A stretch of DNA of 63,322 bases, filler included, from Folioceros fuciformis (GCA_049999805.1; 8 parts of 8 records of this genome joined end to end with filler, not necessarily neighbours in it); one strand, 5' to 3'; positions 24,596 through 37,628 are shown, counted from the whole stretch's first letter. Notes: generated by a model from the letters alone, not told the origin. A program made the numbers and translations.

Positions 24596-27126
24596 ATGGC
24601 ACGGACCTCCAACAACACTCAAGTGGCTTCCGGCAGTAGGGGACGACCCCCGAGGGCAGCTAGCTCTCCCCGAACCAATGTTCCGTCCTTTTCCTGCTTT
24701 GGGGGCCAACTGAACTCAAGGGATTTGATAGACCTACGGACTTCGGCATGTGACGCAAACATCCAGCTTGACTGGATATATGGTAGACACTGGTCGTATG
24801 TTCATGAAGGCTTGGTGCAGGAGGGCTATACCAACCTACAGCAATCGAAGGAGGAGTTGGAAGCCCTACCTAAACGAAGCGCGAGGACTGACCCTCGTTG
24901 TTGGACTGTCTAGAGCATCCGACAAGTGTACGGTAGGTCAGAAGAGGAGAGCGATGGTATTGGGATCCTGGGGCACTAGAATTGCTGTTGGGAGGGGAGC
25001 TAGCAAGAACTAAGATGATCAAGGATCTCAAATGGCGGTTGTTCACTAAGGTGGTTCTTGGATTGGTGAACTATCAACGCACCTCATATTTCAGCAATGC
25101 TTTCCTCCACTTCCTTTGGAGAGTGACTCAAGGAGCAAAGCTAGACAAGGGGTTAATTATGTATGAGGCGTATACCTACCACGGGGAGAAGTTGCTCAAG
25201 CTGAACAGTAGGGAGGGGGGAGTGCACTTCCCTGCTACCTATCGACTTACTTGGTGCACTTATGGAAGACAAAAGGGTTGTTAACACTAGAGGAGTTGGA
25301 GGAGGCGGAACAACCTTTTGTAGTTGTCCCATTGCAAGGGAAGGCTTTTATTTCCGATGGAGTGTCGACCCCTCTTACGAATGAGGAGTCCCCACTTGAT
25401 TCTGAATCAACCATGGCAGCCTATGATGAGTCTGATGAAGATGACACCCCATTGATACGGAGACCCAGGGAGCAGCAAAGGGACCGAAGGCTACCATCAG
25501 TCACCACCCCCACAGCCCTAGATTCCACCCCAACTGAGATGGAGTCAGTGAGGGATCTTGGACCAAGCCAGCCAATAGTTGAAGTAGGGTACCAGGTAGG
25601 GTATTTGGCGATGACACCAGTAGTGCAAGCACAGAGTGGAGCACCAAATTTGGGGAGAAGGAGCCCAATGAAATGGGAGGCAGCCCGGGGAGCACATGCC
25701 ACGAGCCAAGGTAATGACACTTCATTGGGAGTGTGGAGCAACATCATTCGGTGTGGCCAACAGCTACAAAACATCAATTGGGGAGAGGCCCGTGTAATGA
25801 TTGCAGCCCTACTACAGAAGGACATAAGCCGGGATGCAAACTAGGCACGACTAGAATCCAAAGTGCAGGAATTGGAAAAGGAGCGAGAACAATATCTCCT
25901 CAAGGATGGTGAGCAAAGGCAAGCACTGGAGAAGTTGACCCAGCAGGTGAGCACGTTGTAGACTTCCCAACAAGGTTTATCACATGAGATCATTGCATGT
26001 CGAAGGGACCTCGCCCAGTCTGAGGAAACTAGGAAGGTGGTGGAGGAACAGCTACGGGAACAAGTCTACCTTGCAAAGGATTTACAAGGCAAGCTAGATG
26101 AGTTGGAGGCACAGAATGCTAAAGTGAACTAGGAACTCCAGCAGCGCCTTGAAGCAGGGCAAGGAGAGCGAGTGGAGAGGGAACAATTGACCATCCAATT
26201 AGAAGTCCTTCGGCAGGAGAAAGCACAACAAGAAGCTGAGCACCAGACCAAGATTCACAAGATGCTAGTGGTTCGAGCTCGTAGGTTTCGTGCTGACTAT
26301 GCCTACTTGACGGGGTGCATGACCAAGCTTCATGCAACTCATCAAGAAGACCTTGACCTACAGTTGAAGGTAGGGCCGATGGAGGTTGAATGGGATATCT
26401 ACAAGAGTAGATGCGAAGGTGGGGATTGGGTTGTTGACATGGATACCATAGATCTAGCTCAACAGAATCGCAACCTCCACCGACACCAACGTCTACTCGC
26501 TCATCTTAAGGAACTGGTAGCATTGGTAAGGCGAAGGTATCTTGGGCCACATGATGACGACCGTGAGGCCTTGGAGACAGTGCCCCTTGTCAATAGGATC
26601 GACTCCAGTCTACGTGCAAGTGTAGGAGAGGAGAGGAGAGAAGAGAGGGTGGTATTGGTGATCACAACCATGAAAACAATACACATCACCACTGTCTTAC
26701 TATGGAGGTCCGAGGTCTCCATTTAAGTAGTACATTTAGGGCTACACAACTTCCAGGTTCAATATGGGATAATCTACACTATCCTAAGTTCACTAATAAC
26801 TAGAACTAGTCTAGTATGAACCCAACTAGGATAACTAACACCACATGAGTTTAGCTCATATAGAGCTTGATAACTCAACACCCCTACCAACAGACTTTCA
26901 AGAGAGCAGCAGTATGGACCTAGAGAGCTCGCAATGGGAACCTGAGGAGCTGCTATGGGCTAGGAAGAGCACGCAACAAGGGGTAACTACTCTCGTACGG
27001 AACCTACCTACGAGAGGAGGGGAAGGAATGGTAGGGACCCTACCTACGGAGGGAGCAACAGGTACCCTACCTATGGAGGGAACATTTCCACCCTATGTAG
27101 GGAAGGAGCCTCAAGTTGAGGAATAA
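24596..27126 (+). pseudogene. Accessory ORF, ~740 codons after removing the nested LTR; conserved N-domain, acidic linker, coiled-coil-like region
   Basis: Collinear ORF pieces at 24596, 24982, 25251, 26172 and 26886-27126; SYFSNAFLHFLWRVTQGAKLDKGLIMYE aligns with 15342-16235. Confidence 0.78.
26588..26880 (-). mobile_element. Solo LTR (293 bp)
   Basis: TG..CA with TSD CCCCT (26583-26587 / 26881-26885); shares GTTCAATATGGGATAATCTACACTATCCTAAG with the LTRs at 54980 and 60360. Confidence 0.88.
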
Positions 27127-28602
27127 GGGGATCCCTGCCCTACCAAACTTGTAGGTGGTGGTGAAGGGATAGCCCAAGAGAACCATACAGAGGATGGTAC
27201 GGTGAAAGCTTGTGGATCCAAAAGAAGGCGAATCCCAATAATGGAGGGGGGCCCAGTGGCTCAGCCTTCAGACTCGGCCTCCCTTCAGGAGCCATCCTAA
27301 CCACACCTTTTTGAAAAGGGGGTCAACAATTCTTCTATGGCAGCACCGACAGTCCTAATCTTCATCGGCTCGCACTGCCCTAGCAATTATTGGTAGGACT
27401 TAGCCTCTTGGTAGGTATGCGTAGTTAAAGCTGGCCGCGGCTAGTGGTAGGTAGGAAGCCGTCTGCCATCCTATATAAGTAGAATGAAGAACTTGAGCCA
27501 GAGGGCCCCGTTCTTTGATTGTAAGTGTTTCGTGACGAATATAGAACCAATTTTCATAAGCCTGCGTGGACATCCTGGCAGAAGGAGGAGCTGCGAGTGC
27601 CCTTTCTGTTGCCGATCACAAAGGTCCTTGTGATGTCTGGTTGGGAGTCTGGAACGTAGGGAAACACGGAGTTGGATTATGTAGAAGGTGTTGTGAGGAG
27701 ACTTGTGGGGAAAGGTGCTGGGTGTAGGTAATTGGAAGTTGGTAGGGGGAGGTACTTGGGCCCTTCCAAGTGAAGGAATGGTGCCTTCCTACTGACTGGA
27801 GGTGTTGAAGGTATGCGCTAGGGAAGGTTGAATGTCGAGGGTGAGCAATAAACACAGTTGGAGAGAGCGGAGCAGGCTCGGAGGAAAACTTGGTCGCTGG
27901 GTGTAGGGAGACGAGCAGCTAGATTGTGGGTAGAGGAAGGTGTTGTAGGGAGCCTTATGAGGAAAAGGTATTGAGTGTAGGGAGGTAGAAATCGGTAGGG
28001 CCTCCAGAGGTACTGGGGCCCTTGTAAGTGAAGGAATGGTGCCTACCTACTGACGGGACGTGTTGTAGGATTGGTAGGTACGTGGTTGGGAGAGTTGACT
28101 ATTGTAGGGGAGCGATAGACGTAGCTGACCAGGCTTAGAGGGGAGCGATTCCGGGGAAGCCTACAACGACCGTGGGATTGATGTGGCCATAATACATGTG
28201 AGTGGGTGCCTGGTAGGGATACCACACCCGCTTGCCCACAATGCAAGTTGAGGGTTTGGACTACCAAGAAACATTCTCACCTGTCATGAGAACAGAATCC
28301 ATTCGAATCCTCCTTGCTTATGCCACAGAACATGACCTTGATCTACACCAAATGGATGTTTGCACAACGTTCTTGTATGGAGCCTTAGATGAGGAGCTTT
28401 ACATGCTCCAGCCTAAAGCTTATGAAGACCCTGCACACCCAAACAAAGTGCTCAAGCTCTTGAAGTGTATATACGGCTTGAAATAGAGTGGGAGAGTGTG
28501 GTATTTAACCACGCATCTCTACTTAATCAACATCGACTTTGTGCAAAGTGTAGCAGATATGAATGTCTACAGGCTTACTCGTGGCTCTTCTCTTGTCCTC
28601 CT

Positions 28603-28803
28603 TGACAATCATCAGATGCGATGTAGTCACGGTAGTAGGCCCAAAGATAGTTGAATACATTATGGCAGTTACACACTCCGGTGTCATGTGTACGCGATGG
28701 ACGGTTATTGCCGTTACTAGGTCACTTAACCTAAGACCTGTACGCCTATCTATATATGTATAGTTAGATATTTATATATATATACCTATTCTCACTCCCA
28801 CTT
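28603..28803 (-). repeat. 3' LTR plus PPT of another element interrupting the host RT
   Basis: TGACAA..TTCTCA (28603-28794) followed by CTCCCACTT (PPT complement); host RT breaks just before its YVDD motif. Confidence 0.7.
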
Positions 28804-29019
28804 TGGTTTTCAAGGTTAGTGGGTGCTAGGTTATAGAGTCTGTATGTATGTTAGCTAAGAAACGAAACGCGAGNNNNNNNNNNNNNNNNNNNNNNNNNNN
28901 NNNNNNNNNNNNNNNNNTTAATTAATTAANNNNNNNNNNNNNNNNNNNNNNNNNNNNNNNNNNNNNNNNNNNNAATTCGATTCTCAATTCTTTCCTACGC
29001 TATCGATCCTATTTACGCT

Positions 29020-32000
29020 AGAGCACAAGAGTGGGCTTCTCCTGAGGTTGTCCCAAGTCCTAGAGGAAGCTGCATTCCCACTCGGCCTCTTTTGCTGCTT
29101 TTGTTAAGGATTTATACTTGGCTTCAGAGGAACTGAAAGCAACAGACACTTGTTTTTTACAGCTCCATGTAACAGCTGCTGAGCCCAATAGATAGCAATA
29201 TGTGGAGAGACTCCTACGTGCGTCTGAATCTAAGGCCTAGTCATCATCTGTGAAGCCTCTCAGAACAAGTTTTTTTTGCCCTATGCTCTTGTACATGAGT
29301 CCATATTTATGCGTTCCTCTGCGATAACGGAATATCCTTTTTATAGCTGCCTAGTGTACCCTAGCAGGACTTTCCAGAAACTGCGAGACTATACTAACAG
29401 CATATTGTATGTCAAGCCAAGTCCAGTTCGCAACGAATATCAGAGACCCAACAGCATGCTGGTAAGGTATATTCTGCATATCCAGTTTTTCAGCCTGTGA
29501 TTGTGAGCACTGATTCCTAGTCAACATTGTGCCAACAGCATAAGGAGTGGCAGCTAGCCTGGCCTCATCGAGGTGGAACTTCTTGAGTATTTCATTTATG
29601 TATTTGTACTCATGGATAAATGGTAGTCCTTCTTCCCTTACACGAAGTAGTTGGATTCCCAAACAAAATTTCAGCTCCCCTATGTCTTTCATGTCGAATC
29701 TGGTGCTGAGTTTGTCCATCACACTTGCTAACAGTTTTTGATCGTTTGTGGCAAATATAACGTCATCCACATACAATGCTAGGATGACGATTGATGCTCC
29801 TTGAGTGAGCTTGTACACATTGCTATCAACTGCATTTTGGACGAAGTCAATACTGAGCACATATAAGTGCATTATAATGTACCATACACACCCGCTTTGT
29901 TTAAGGCCATATATGCATTTCAAAAGCTTTAACACTTGGTTAGGATGCTGCTTGTCTTCGTAGGCTTCAGGCTGCAACATATAGATCTCCTCTTTGAGAG
30001 TACCATACAAAAAGGCAGTACAGACATCCATCTGTTGCAGATCAAGATCAAACTTAGTGGCATATGCAAGGAGAATTCTAATGGACTGTGTACGAACAAC
30101 AGGCGAGAAGGTCTCTTGATAATCGAGGCCTTCCACTTGGGTAAACCCAAGAGCCACGAGCCTTGCTTTATATCGGGCCACTTGTCCAAGTGCATAGAGC
30201 TTGATTTTAAAAACCCACTTGCAGCTAATGGCCTTCCTTCTAGGTGGGAGGTCTGCAAGTACCCATGTCTCGTTTTGAATGAGAGACTGGTACTCGTCTT
30301 GCACTGCAGCCTTCCACTGTTCACTCTGTGGACCACTGAAGGCCTGTTGTAGAGTGGTAGGCTCCTCTGGAACTTCCGAACTTGCTGCAGTCAAGACAGC
30401 AGCTTTGGCAAAAGAGGTTTGCTAAAAGTCAATAGATTGGTAACGGGGCTCTGCCCATTGATCAGGAGATGGCATGTGACGTGCAGAGCATCTAAGTATA
30501 GGCTCTTGTTCAGGTGGCTCATATGTAGGGGCTATGTCATATGGAGTATTATGTCCGTGTGCAGTGTCCCCCTCTTGGTCTGAAATGGGGGTAGTTTCCC
30601 CCTCGTGAATGGGGAAATGGTTATTGTCCAAAGCATAAGGCTGATCGTCTTGCAGGCTCAAGTTATGTTCAGGTTCACCATCAGGCACACCAGGTGCTAC
30701 TGGTGGAAGGTCTGCCAACACGGCATCATCGCCATGCTCGTCAAGAAGATCATTGAAAGTTTGAGGATCAGCAGGATCCATATCATCGAGAGGGTAAGAG
30801 GCTAGGGCTCCATGTGTTGCATCTATTTCCAATGGATCTGGACATTCTTCTTCAACAGTGTGTTGATCCTGCGATTGAGTTGGAAATGGCTGTGTGGCAG
30901 GAGTCCTAGGCTCAAGAAAGGTGACACTCCGAGCAAGGAGGATGGCACCAGTCTTAGAACTATAAAGCTTGTAGGCTTTTGTTCTTTCACTATAGCCGAC
31001 AAAAAGTAATCCCTGTGCTCGGGGATCCAATTTCTTTCTTTTCTCAACAGGTATGTAGCCAAAAGCTTGTGCTCCAAAAACTCGCAGATGTAGGAGGCTT
31101 GGCTTCTTATGCTAGAACACCTCGTATGGCGTCTTCTGTGGGACAGAGCTTGTTAATACCCTATTCAAAATATATGTAGCTGTCACCACAGCTTCTGCCC
31201 AGTATCCTTGAGGCAACCCTGCCCAGATGAGCATACTGCGCATCATACCAAGTAGGGTTTGATTTTTCCTTTCTGATACTCTGTTCTGCTGTGGTGTGTA
31301 GGGTATAGTAAGCTGCCTTAGCACTCCATGTTCCTGAAGGAAGTCATCAAATGTGACATTGATGAATTCTGTCCCATTATCAGACCTAAGTATTTTTAAC
31401 AATTTTCCAGATTGCCTTTGAGTAACGTAGAACCAGTCTCGGAAAAAGTTAAAAGTGTCACTCTTCAAACGCAGGGGGAAAGTCCAGGTATATCTATTGT
31501 AATCATCCGTTAGGGTGAAGAAGTATTGAGAACCCCCTAGGGAAGGCACATGAATTTTTCCCGAGATACCTGCGTGCACTAACTCAAGAACCTGAGTTGC
31601 TTTGTGTGCAGCTGCTTTAGGAAAGGGAGATTCCTTTTGCTTTGCCAAGATGCAAGACTCACATACAGGTAAGTTTTTGAAGCACTTTGGTAATGGTTCC
31701 CTGTGGCATTCAGTGATAGACATATCAATCAACTTTCCTCTGTTCACATGTCCTAATCTTGCGTGCCACAACACCGCCTTCTGCTCAGCAGTGAGCAAGG
31801 GAGTAGTAGTGGAATGAGCTACATGCTTATTAGTTACCATATGTGTACAGACAATATCCAAGCGATATAACGAGTTATCAAGGATGCCTCTGAAGACACA
31901 TATGTAAGGAAGTGACTTCTTGTAGAACGAGCAATGTTGGGAGTCAGCCACCATTGTGAAGGTACCTAGATGCATAAGCTGGCTCATAGACAAGAGGTTC

Positions 32001-33247
32001 TTTGCCACGCTAGGCACGAAAAGAACATCTTCTAGTATTAGGTTTGTGTGATCGTGTAACCTGAACACACGCTGACCCTTTCCTTCTATATGCAGGCTAG
32101 TCTTGGATTGCTCACCACCTAAAAAGACCTTGTCATGGACATGAGCAAGGTTGAGGGAAGTAAACAATTCCCTCCTTTTACATATGTGCGTGGTAGCTCC
32201 AGAGTCAAAGTACCAACTCTCTTAAACATATGTAGAACTTGACAAACATATGGTGAGGATCTTGACTGGTGCCTTTTCAACAGGTTTGTCCCTCACTGCA
32301 ACACTTGCAGCAGGCTTTGCCTGTTTTTGGGGCTCACCAAATTTACGTTTGCGGCACTCACGTGCTCAGTGGCCAGGGATGCCACACCAGTTGCATGTGC
32401 CTGGTCGTTTTGAATTTGAAAATTCAGTCCTATACGTGGGCTGTCCTCGGGAAGTGCCCCCTCTGAATTTGCCCTTTCCTTTAGGGCGAAAATTCACAGC
32501 TAATGCCCGTTCTCCTTTATATTGTTTGTGCAAGCCGGCTGATGTTAGTCGGGTCTGCTCTTCTTGGTAAAGAGCTCCTATTATGTCTTCCATTGTAATA
32601 GCAGTTGTCTGAGTTCCTCCTAATGCAAAAGCTGCTACAGGGCCATTCTGATAGCTTGTGACAAAAGATTGATAGGAGGGTGGCAGACTAGTAAGTAGCT
32701 GGGAAATAGCTTCAGACTCTGTCATCTGTGTTTTGGTGATAGATTAAATCTGAGCTCGAAAGTGACGAAATTTGCTGGTATGTACAGCCATTTTGTCACC
32801 CTCTTTCATACGCAGTATATAGAACTCCATACGTACTACTGACAGTGTGGCCATCGTGGTTGTGTGATAGGTTTTCTCCAACTGGTTCCAGATATCCTTT
32901 GCCAATGTGAGAAATTCCACATTGGGAATAAGGGCAGCATCCAGCCCATTGACGATGACAGCCATCGCTACACCATTATTGTGCTCCCATTTGGCATATT
33001 CGTCAGGTTTGGTTTGTGGGTCAGGTTTCTTGAAAGAACCATCAACACTGGCCCATACACCTCGAGCTATGAGGATTGTCCTCATTCACACTCGCCAGAT
33101 AGAATAACCGGTACCTTTAAACCTATCCTTATCTTTGACAGCAGAACTGGAAGAAACATGGGTTGCCATGTTTGTGTTGAATGCAGGCTGCAAATTGAGG
33201 TTGTTGAAACTATTTATCAACGCATTGAATTGTGAGGTTGTGGTTAT
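29020..33247 (-). mobile_element. Copia gag-pol (family B), decayed
   Basis: ORF pieces 32744-33085, 32366-32725, 31112-32167, 30422-31030 and 29351-30394 with knuckle, WYFDSGAT, WHARLGH, RSDNG and YVDD. Confidence 0.95.
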
Positions 33248-33690
33248 AAGGTACTTATGGCATCAGGAACTATGGTTTCTGATGAACAGGTAAGTACACT
33301 TATACCTACACTAAATGGATAACTAGTGTAGTTTCAAGGAACTTGATGAAACTAACCACTAAGGAGTGCTATAGGGATCAGCAAGGAAGAACCAGCAACA
33401 AGGGTACAAAGCCCTGTACACACTGACCTCCTAAGCATGCCATTCAAGTCTACAGTGACTAGGTACATCAAAACCCTAAAACTTAATGATATTTCATATT
33501 CAAGAAAACTTGCTCAAGGACAAAACCCTAACCGTCGTGTCTTGTCCATGTGAAATGACAAGTTAGGTACACCAATCACAAAGCTACATGAAAGTTTGAT
33601 GGAGGAGATGCAAGTAAGAAGGCACCGCTTCAGATCTGAATAGGTATTGCTTCCTGCTACTCTCGCTCCGCTCCTTTGCAGCGGAAGGAT

Positions 33691-34294
33691 TCATGGCGCT
33701 ATGAGATCTGATACAGAATGAGAACATCCAACCTCCAAACTTCGCAACTTAGCATCCATTAACCTCAGAAGATCAGCAACTTCGTTGATGTCTTTCTGGA
33801 TGTCCTGCTTGCATTTGGTGATGGATTGCTCAGTATCAGAATCCAAACTATCCAGTCTGTCTTTGAAGACCTTTTGATTGGAGATGGCAAGGGAGAGTGC
33901 TTTCTCCACCTTGAATAAAAGAACTTGTGTCTCATGAACAATAATTTCTTGTAATTTGATGGCGTTTCTAATATATATTTGCTTTGGCTGTGATACAGAG
34001 TGCCGAGCAGGTGGTAATCCCTCAGCTCTGAGGTCACGCTCACAATTAAAGTGTAATATGACCAAAGGGTCAGATGATCCAGATGCCTCCAGTGGATCAG
34101 GGTTTTGCCCCCTCCCCACACAGCGCTCGATATAGGGGCAATTTGTTAGCCGAATAGTAGGGTAGCTATATTCATAGAGGTCCAGTACTGAATTACTTGG
34201 TAAAGGTGTTGAATATCTTGGTGGACGTCCTCCATGACGAAATTGTCTCAGGTCCACCACAACAAGGACCTCTAGAGCCACCCTGCCTCGGCAT
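33691..34294 (-). CDS. Extra ORF between PBS and gag, copy 2; unknown protein with coiled-coil-like C-terminus
   Basis: 196-aa open frame 33691-34281; probable true ATG at 34294 (MPRQGGS.., like MQRVGGS.. in copy 1) with an early frameshift. Confidence 0.75.
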
Positions 34295-34327
34295 ATTGTT
34301 CAAGCCTCATTGATAAAGCAAAAGCAT

Positions 34328-34475
34328 GGCTCTGATACCATGAGTAAAACGAGCGTAAGCGAGAGTATGCAAACAAATTTCATAAGAAATAATTAGTTAC
34401 AATCTTAGTGTCAAAAATATTTAAATACTGTCTATGTGCCTTTTGGCTAGACAACCTTAACCCGGTAACCTAATC
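34328..34475 (-). promoter_or_regulatory. PBS TGGTATCAGAGCC (34328-34340) and short 5' LTR (34341 to ~34475)
   Basis: Canonical tRNA-iMet PBS abutting the …TACTCA LTR end; outer LTR boundary tentative. Confidence 0.75.
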
Positions 34476-35889
34476 ATAATAAAATGTGCGTTAGGTTTAA
34501 CTTCCATCCTAGCATAGTATTGCCTAGAGATAACTCCAAAAGTAGCATCCAATTGCTAGCCCGTAAGAATACCAAAAGCAAAAGACACACCTTCTCCATA
34601 CAACAAGTTTGCAGAGTGCAAGTCTCCAACAATCGCTGTTTCTCCACTTCCTTTGCACGCAACGATAGAAAACTTGGTTCTCTCTGCCATGTGCAGTGCA
34701 AGTTTTCCCTTTATCTCCTCCACCTCCTTCTCAACTTGCGCCGGAAACTGGCAAAGTTTCTCATCAGTGAACTTGTGGGTCTTTGTGAGATTCCACTTGC
34801 ACTTAAGCAAAGATTGTTTGCCACTGTCCAAAGCCTCTTGTGCCTCAGCGCCACATGTGCCTTCAGCCTCCTCTGCTTCTTCTCTCGCTTTTCTTTCCTA
34901 CCCTATTTCAACACCTTGTCTAAGCTCCTCTTGAATTGACGGTTTTATAACTGTCAACAACGTGCTCATAGGCTCCTCACCAGTGTTGCTCTCTTCCTAT
35001 CAGGAGGAACTATATTCAAGCAACTACGTGCTCCCAAACCTTGAAACAAGTATCACACCCTCACACACTACGCTGCCCAAAGATTCTATTTGCTCCATTG
35101 TTGGCTCACCCACGAGCGCTTCTTCCTCCTCCACCTCGTTCGCTGTTGAAGGTGGGCCCACACTCACTTCCTGGCTGATTTTGATTGCTCCTCTATCTCC
35201 CCTATTGAAAATGCACTCGTGCCCATGCATGCTCCCTTTCTTGGTGGTTTTGGCTCCCCATCAAACTTCTCTGCTGGGAGCGCACTCGCACTCACATTCA
35301 GTTCCCTTCCTGTTAATTTTGACTCCTCCTCAAGTTTTGTTTTTGCTGGAAATGCGCTCACACCCATGTTTGCTCCCTTTCTTGTTGCCTCCTCTGCCCT
35401 TTCTTGATCGTGTCATTTGGTAAGAAGAACGCCTACTACCTCTCCCTCACATGGCTTGCCCGTGCTTGCTCCCCCACGTACTTGCAGATCCGATCCTCCC
35501 AACCCTTGTCCTCTGAAAGGGTCTTTTCTCCTCTTGACCTTTGTCTTCCACTTCTCCACCCCTTTGATCACTTGTGCATCCAACACCTCCTTAGACCTTT
35601 CTTGGATTGAATTGCCTCTTGCTCCTAGACCCTACAAGTGGCCAAGCCCCAAAGGTGGAGGAAGAACGGGCGTCCCACAAATGTGAGTTACAACATCCTT
35701 CAACCACTCGAAGACAAGGTTAGTGTTCTCCTTGAGCTACTCCAACTCAGCAGGTTGCTCCTGTTATTGTTGAAGAAGCTAAGCCTTGGTAAGCCTGTGC
35801 GCTGACGAACCTTGGAGCTATCTTTGACGCGCCCACCAGCTTGAGCCCTAGAAGACCTTGCAGAGCTTGCCTTGTCCTTCCTCTTGCCT

Positions 35890-36216
35890 GCCATAGCCGC
35901 AGCCAGCCCTTCACTCCACTCGTTTTCTCCAAAATTCTCCTGTTTTTCTTGTTTTTGCTAGTCGATTTATCTATTTTCACTAGGGCTATTCTTGGCACGT
36001 CTTCTTGGTTGCGCTTAAGAAGACCCTGCACCTTTTTCCTTGTGTTTGCCATAGCTGTAGCCCTTCACTCTGCTCGTTTTCTCCAAAATTCTCTCGTTTT
36101 TTCTTGCTTTTGCTAGTTAATTTATTTGTTTTCACTAGGGCTATTCTTCGCACATCTTCTTGGTTGCGCCTTGGAAGATCCCCCACCTTTTTCTCTTGTC
36201 TGCCATGATCATAGCT
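35890..36216. repeat. Tandem repeat, ~157-bp unit, at least 2 copies, runs into spacer
   Basis: GCCAT…TTCACTAGGGCTATTCTT…TTGGTTGCGC unit starting at 35890, 36048 and 36202. Confidence 0.85.
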
Positions 36217-37477
36217 NNNNNNNNNNNNNNNNNNNNNNNNNNNNNNNNNNNNNNNNNNNNTTAATTAATTAANNNNNNNNNNNNNNNNNNNNNNNNNNNN
36301 NNNNNNNNNNNNNNNNGCGTGCACCGCTTATGCCACGAGCAATCCATCACCTCATCTGTAGAGCACAACTTGTTTAGTTAAGGACCTCACATCACCTGTG
36401 CAACTATACCTAGATGAAGCATCACTAGACAGCAAATCAGGTTAGCAGCAAGTCATTGACACGCACCTTTTTAGGCAGTAGCTAGGTGCACTCAGCTTTG
36501 AAGGCGAGAAGGAGCTCCACATCTGTCATGGATGTTCTATCATGGAATTCAGGCAGTTCCCTTTTTCCCTAGTTGTAGCGCGCACACCTCTCCCCTCACC
36601 TGGGCGCTCTTTGGTTTTCACGGATCTGCCACAGATGGGTGTGTTATGCGCCACGTTTTTGGCGGTGTCAGGATCAAGGGAGCAGGTATAACAGCGAGGA
36701 TAAGCTCAAATACGTGGACAACAAGCTTTAGGTTTGAGCTCCAAGCCATCGCTCGTCTAGATCAGGCGCAGCCCTATTACCCGAATCCGCCGTTGCCATG
36801 TACTAGCAACAAATCACAACCATGGAACAGTCCAGGGACATTAGTGAGACTGTAAGTGGACAGGGTTGATTGCTCAACGTCTCTCTGCTCAACTTCACTA
36901 GCTTGGACAGCTCACACTTGGCATTTCACTACTAGCACGGATAGCTCACACTTGGCGTTTTATGTTTTCTATTCATATGGTTCTATTTAGCATTACTCAA
37001 TATTATCGAGTTAGGTATGAGAGAGGATATTAAGATATATTTGTTTAAATATCTTTACAGCCCTAACTGGATAGGGATTGAAATCTCAGTTATTAGATAA
37101 ATACTTTTAGGGTTCTTCCACACCAAAAATGGTTACAACACTCTCTTGTTTATAAGACACTTTCTTGACTATAAGGTATATACTCTTCGTGCATTGTTGT
37201 CTCCTCTCGACTTGTGTCTGGTCGTGTGCAGGTAGATTTGTTTTACGAAGATCTGTCCACAAGTCGCAAGTGGTGACCTGAACCGTTGGAGGGTAGGAGT
37301 GATAGTCCTAACCTGTCTACAGTTGGCAGCGTCGAAAGTTGAGTAGTACCTATGACCAGAGTAAAAGGCTTGAGATAGGATCGAGAGGAGGGTTTACAGA
37401 AGAAAGGATGGATTTTTGATGAGGACTGTGTGGCCGCTTTAAAGTTGCGGGGACGCCGCTTGATGGCGTCCCGTGAC

Positions 37478-37628
37478 TTGTGTCGGTTATGTATTTAGGG
37501 TCACGACCCCCCCAGGGGCATCTTCAGGAATCTAACGATTCCTATCTGGTGCCCCTATTTAATATGCTAATAAATATAATTAAAAATAATGCTGGCTATA
37601 ATAATTTAACCTACTTTTACTCCCACTT
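37478..37628 (-). repeat. Putative short 3' LTR plus PPT
   Basis: AT-rich block ending before CTCCCACTT (37620-37628), downstream of an RNase H end; left boundary tentative. Confidence 0.5.

Larger units (their letters stand above)
23961..28240. mobile_element. ~4-kb TG..CA insertion without an internal LTR pair (giant solo-LTR-like) carrying an accessory ORF
   Basis: TSD ATGCA (23956-23960 / 28241-28245); imperfect inverted termini TGTGGAATGCGGGT … ACCCGCTTGCCCACA. Confidence 0.88.
18033..28602 (+). mobile_element. Copia gag-pol (family B) split by nested insertions
   Basis: gag/PR 18033-19536, INT 22379-23780, RT 23790-23960 and 28241-28602; removing the inserts restores LWRARLGHIN and GFMQVEGLDYQETFSPV. 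Confidence 0.93.

Noticed and set aside
36317-37477. Possible gypsy LTR and PBS (…TCTACA GTTGGCAGCG)
   Set aside because: No partner LTR, TSD or coding region to anchor the call
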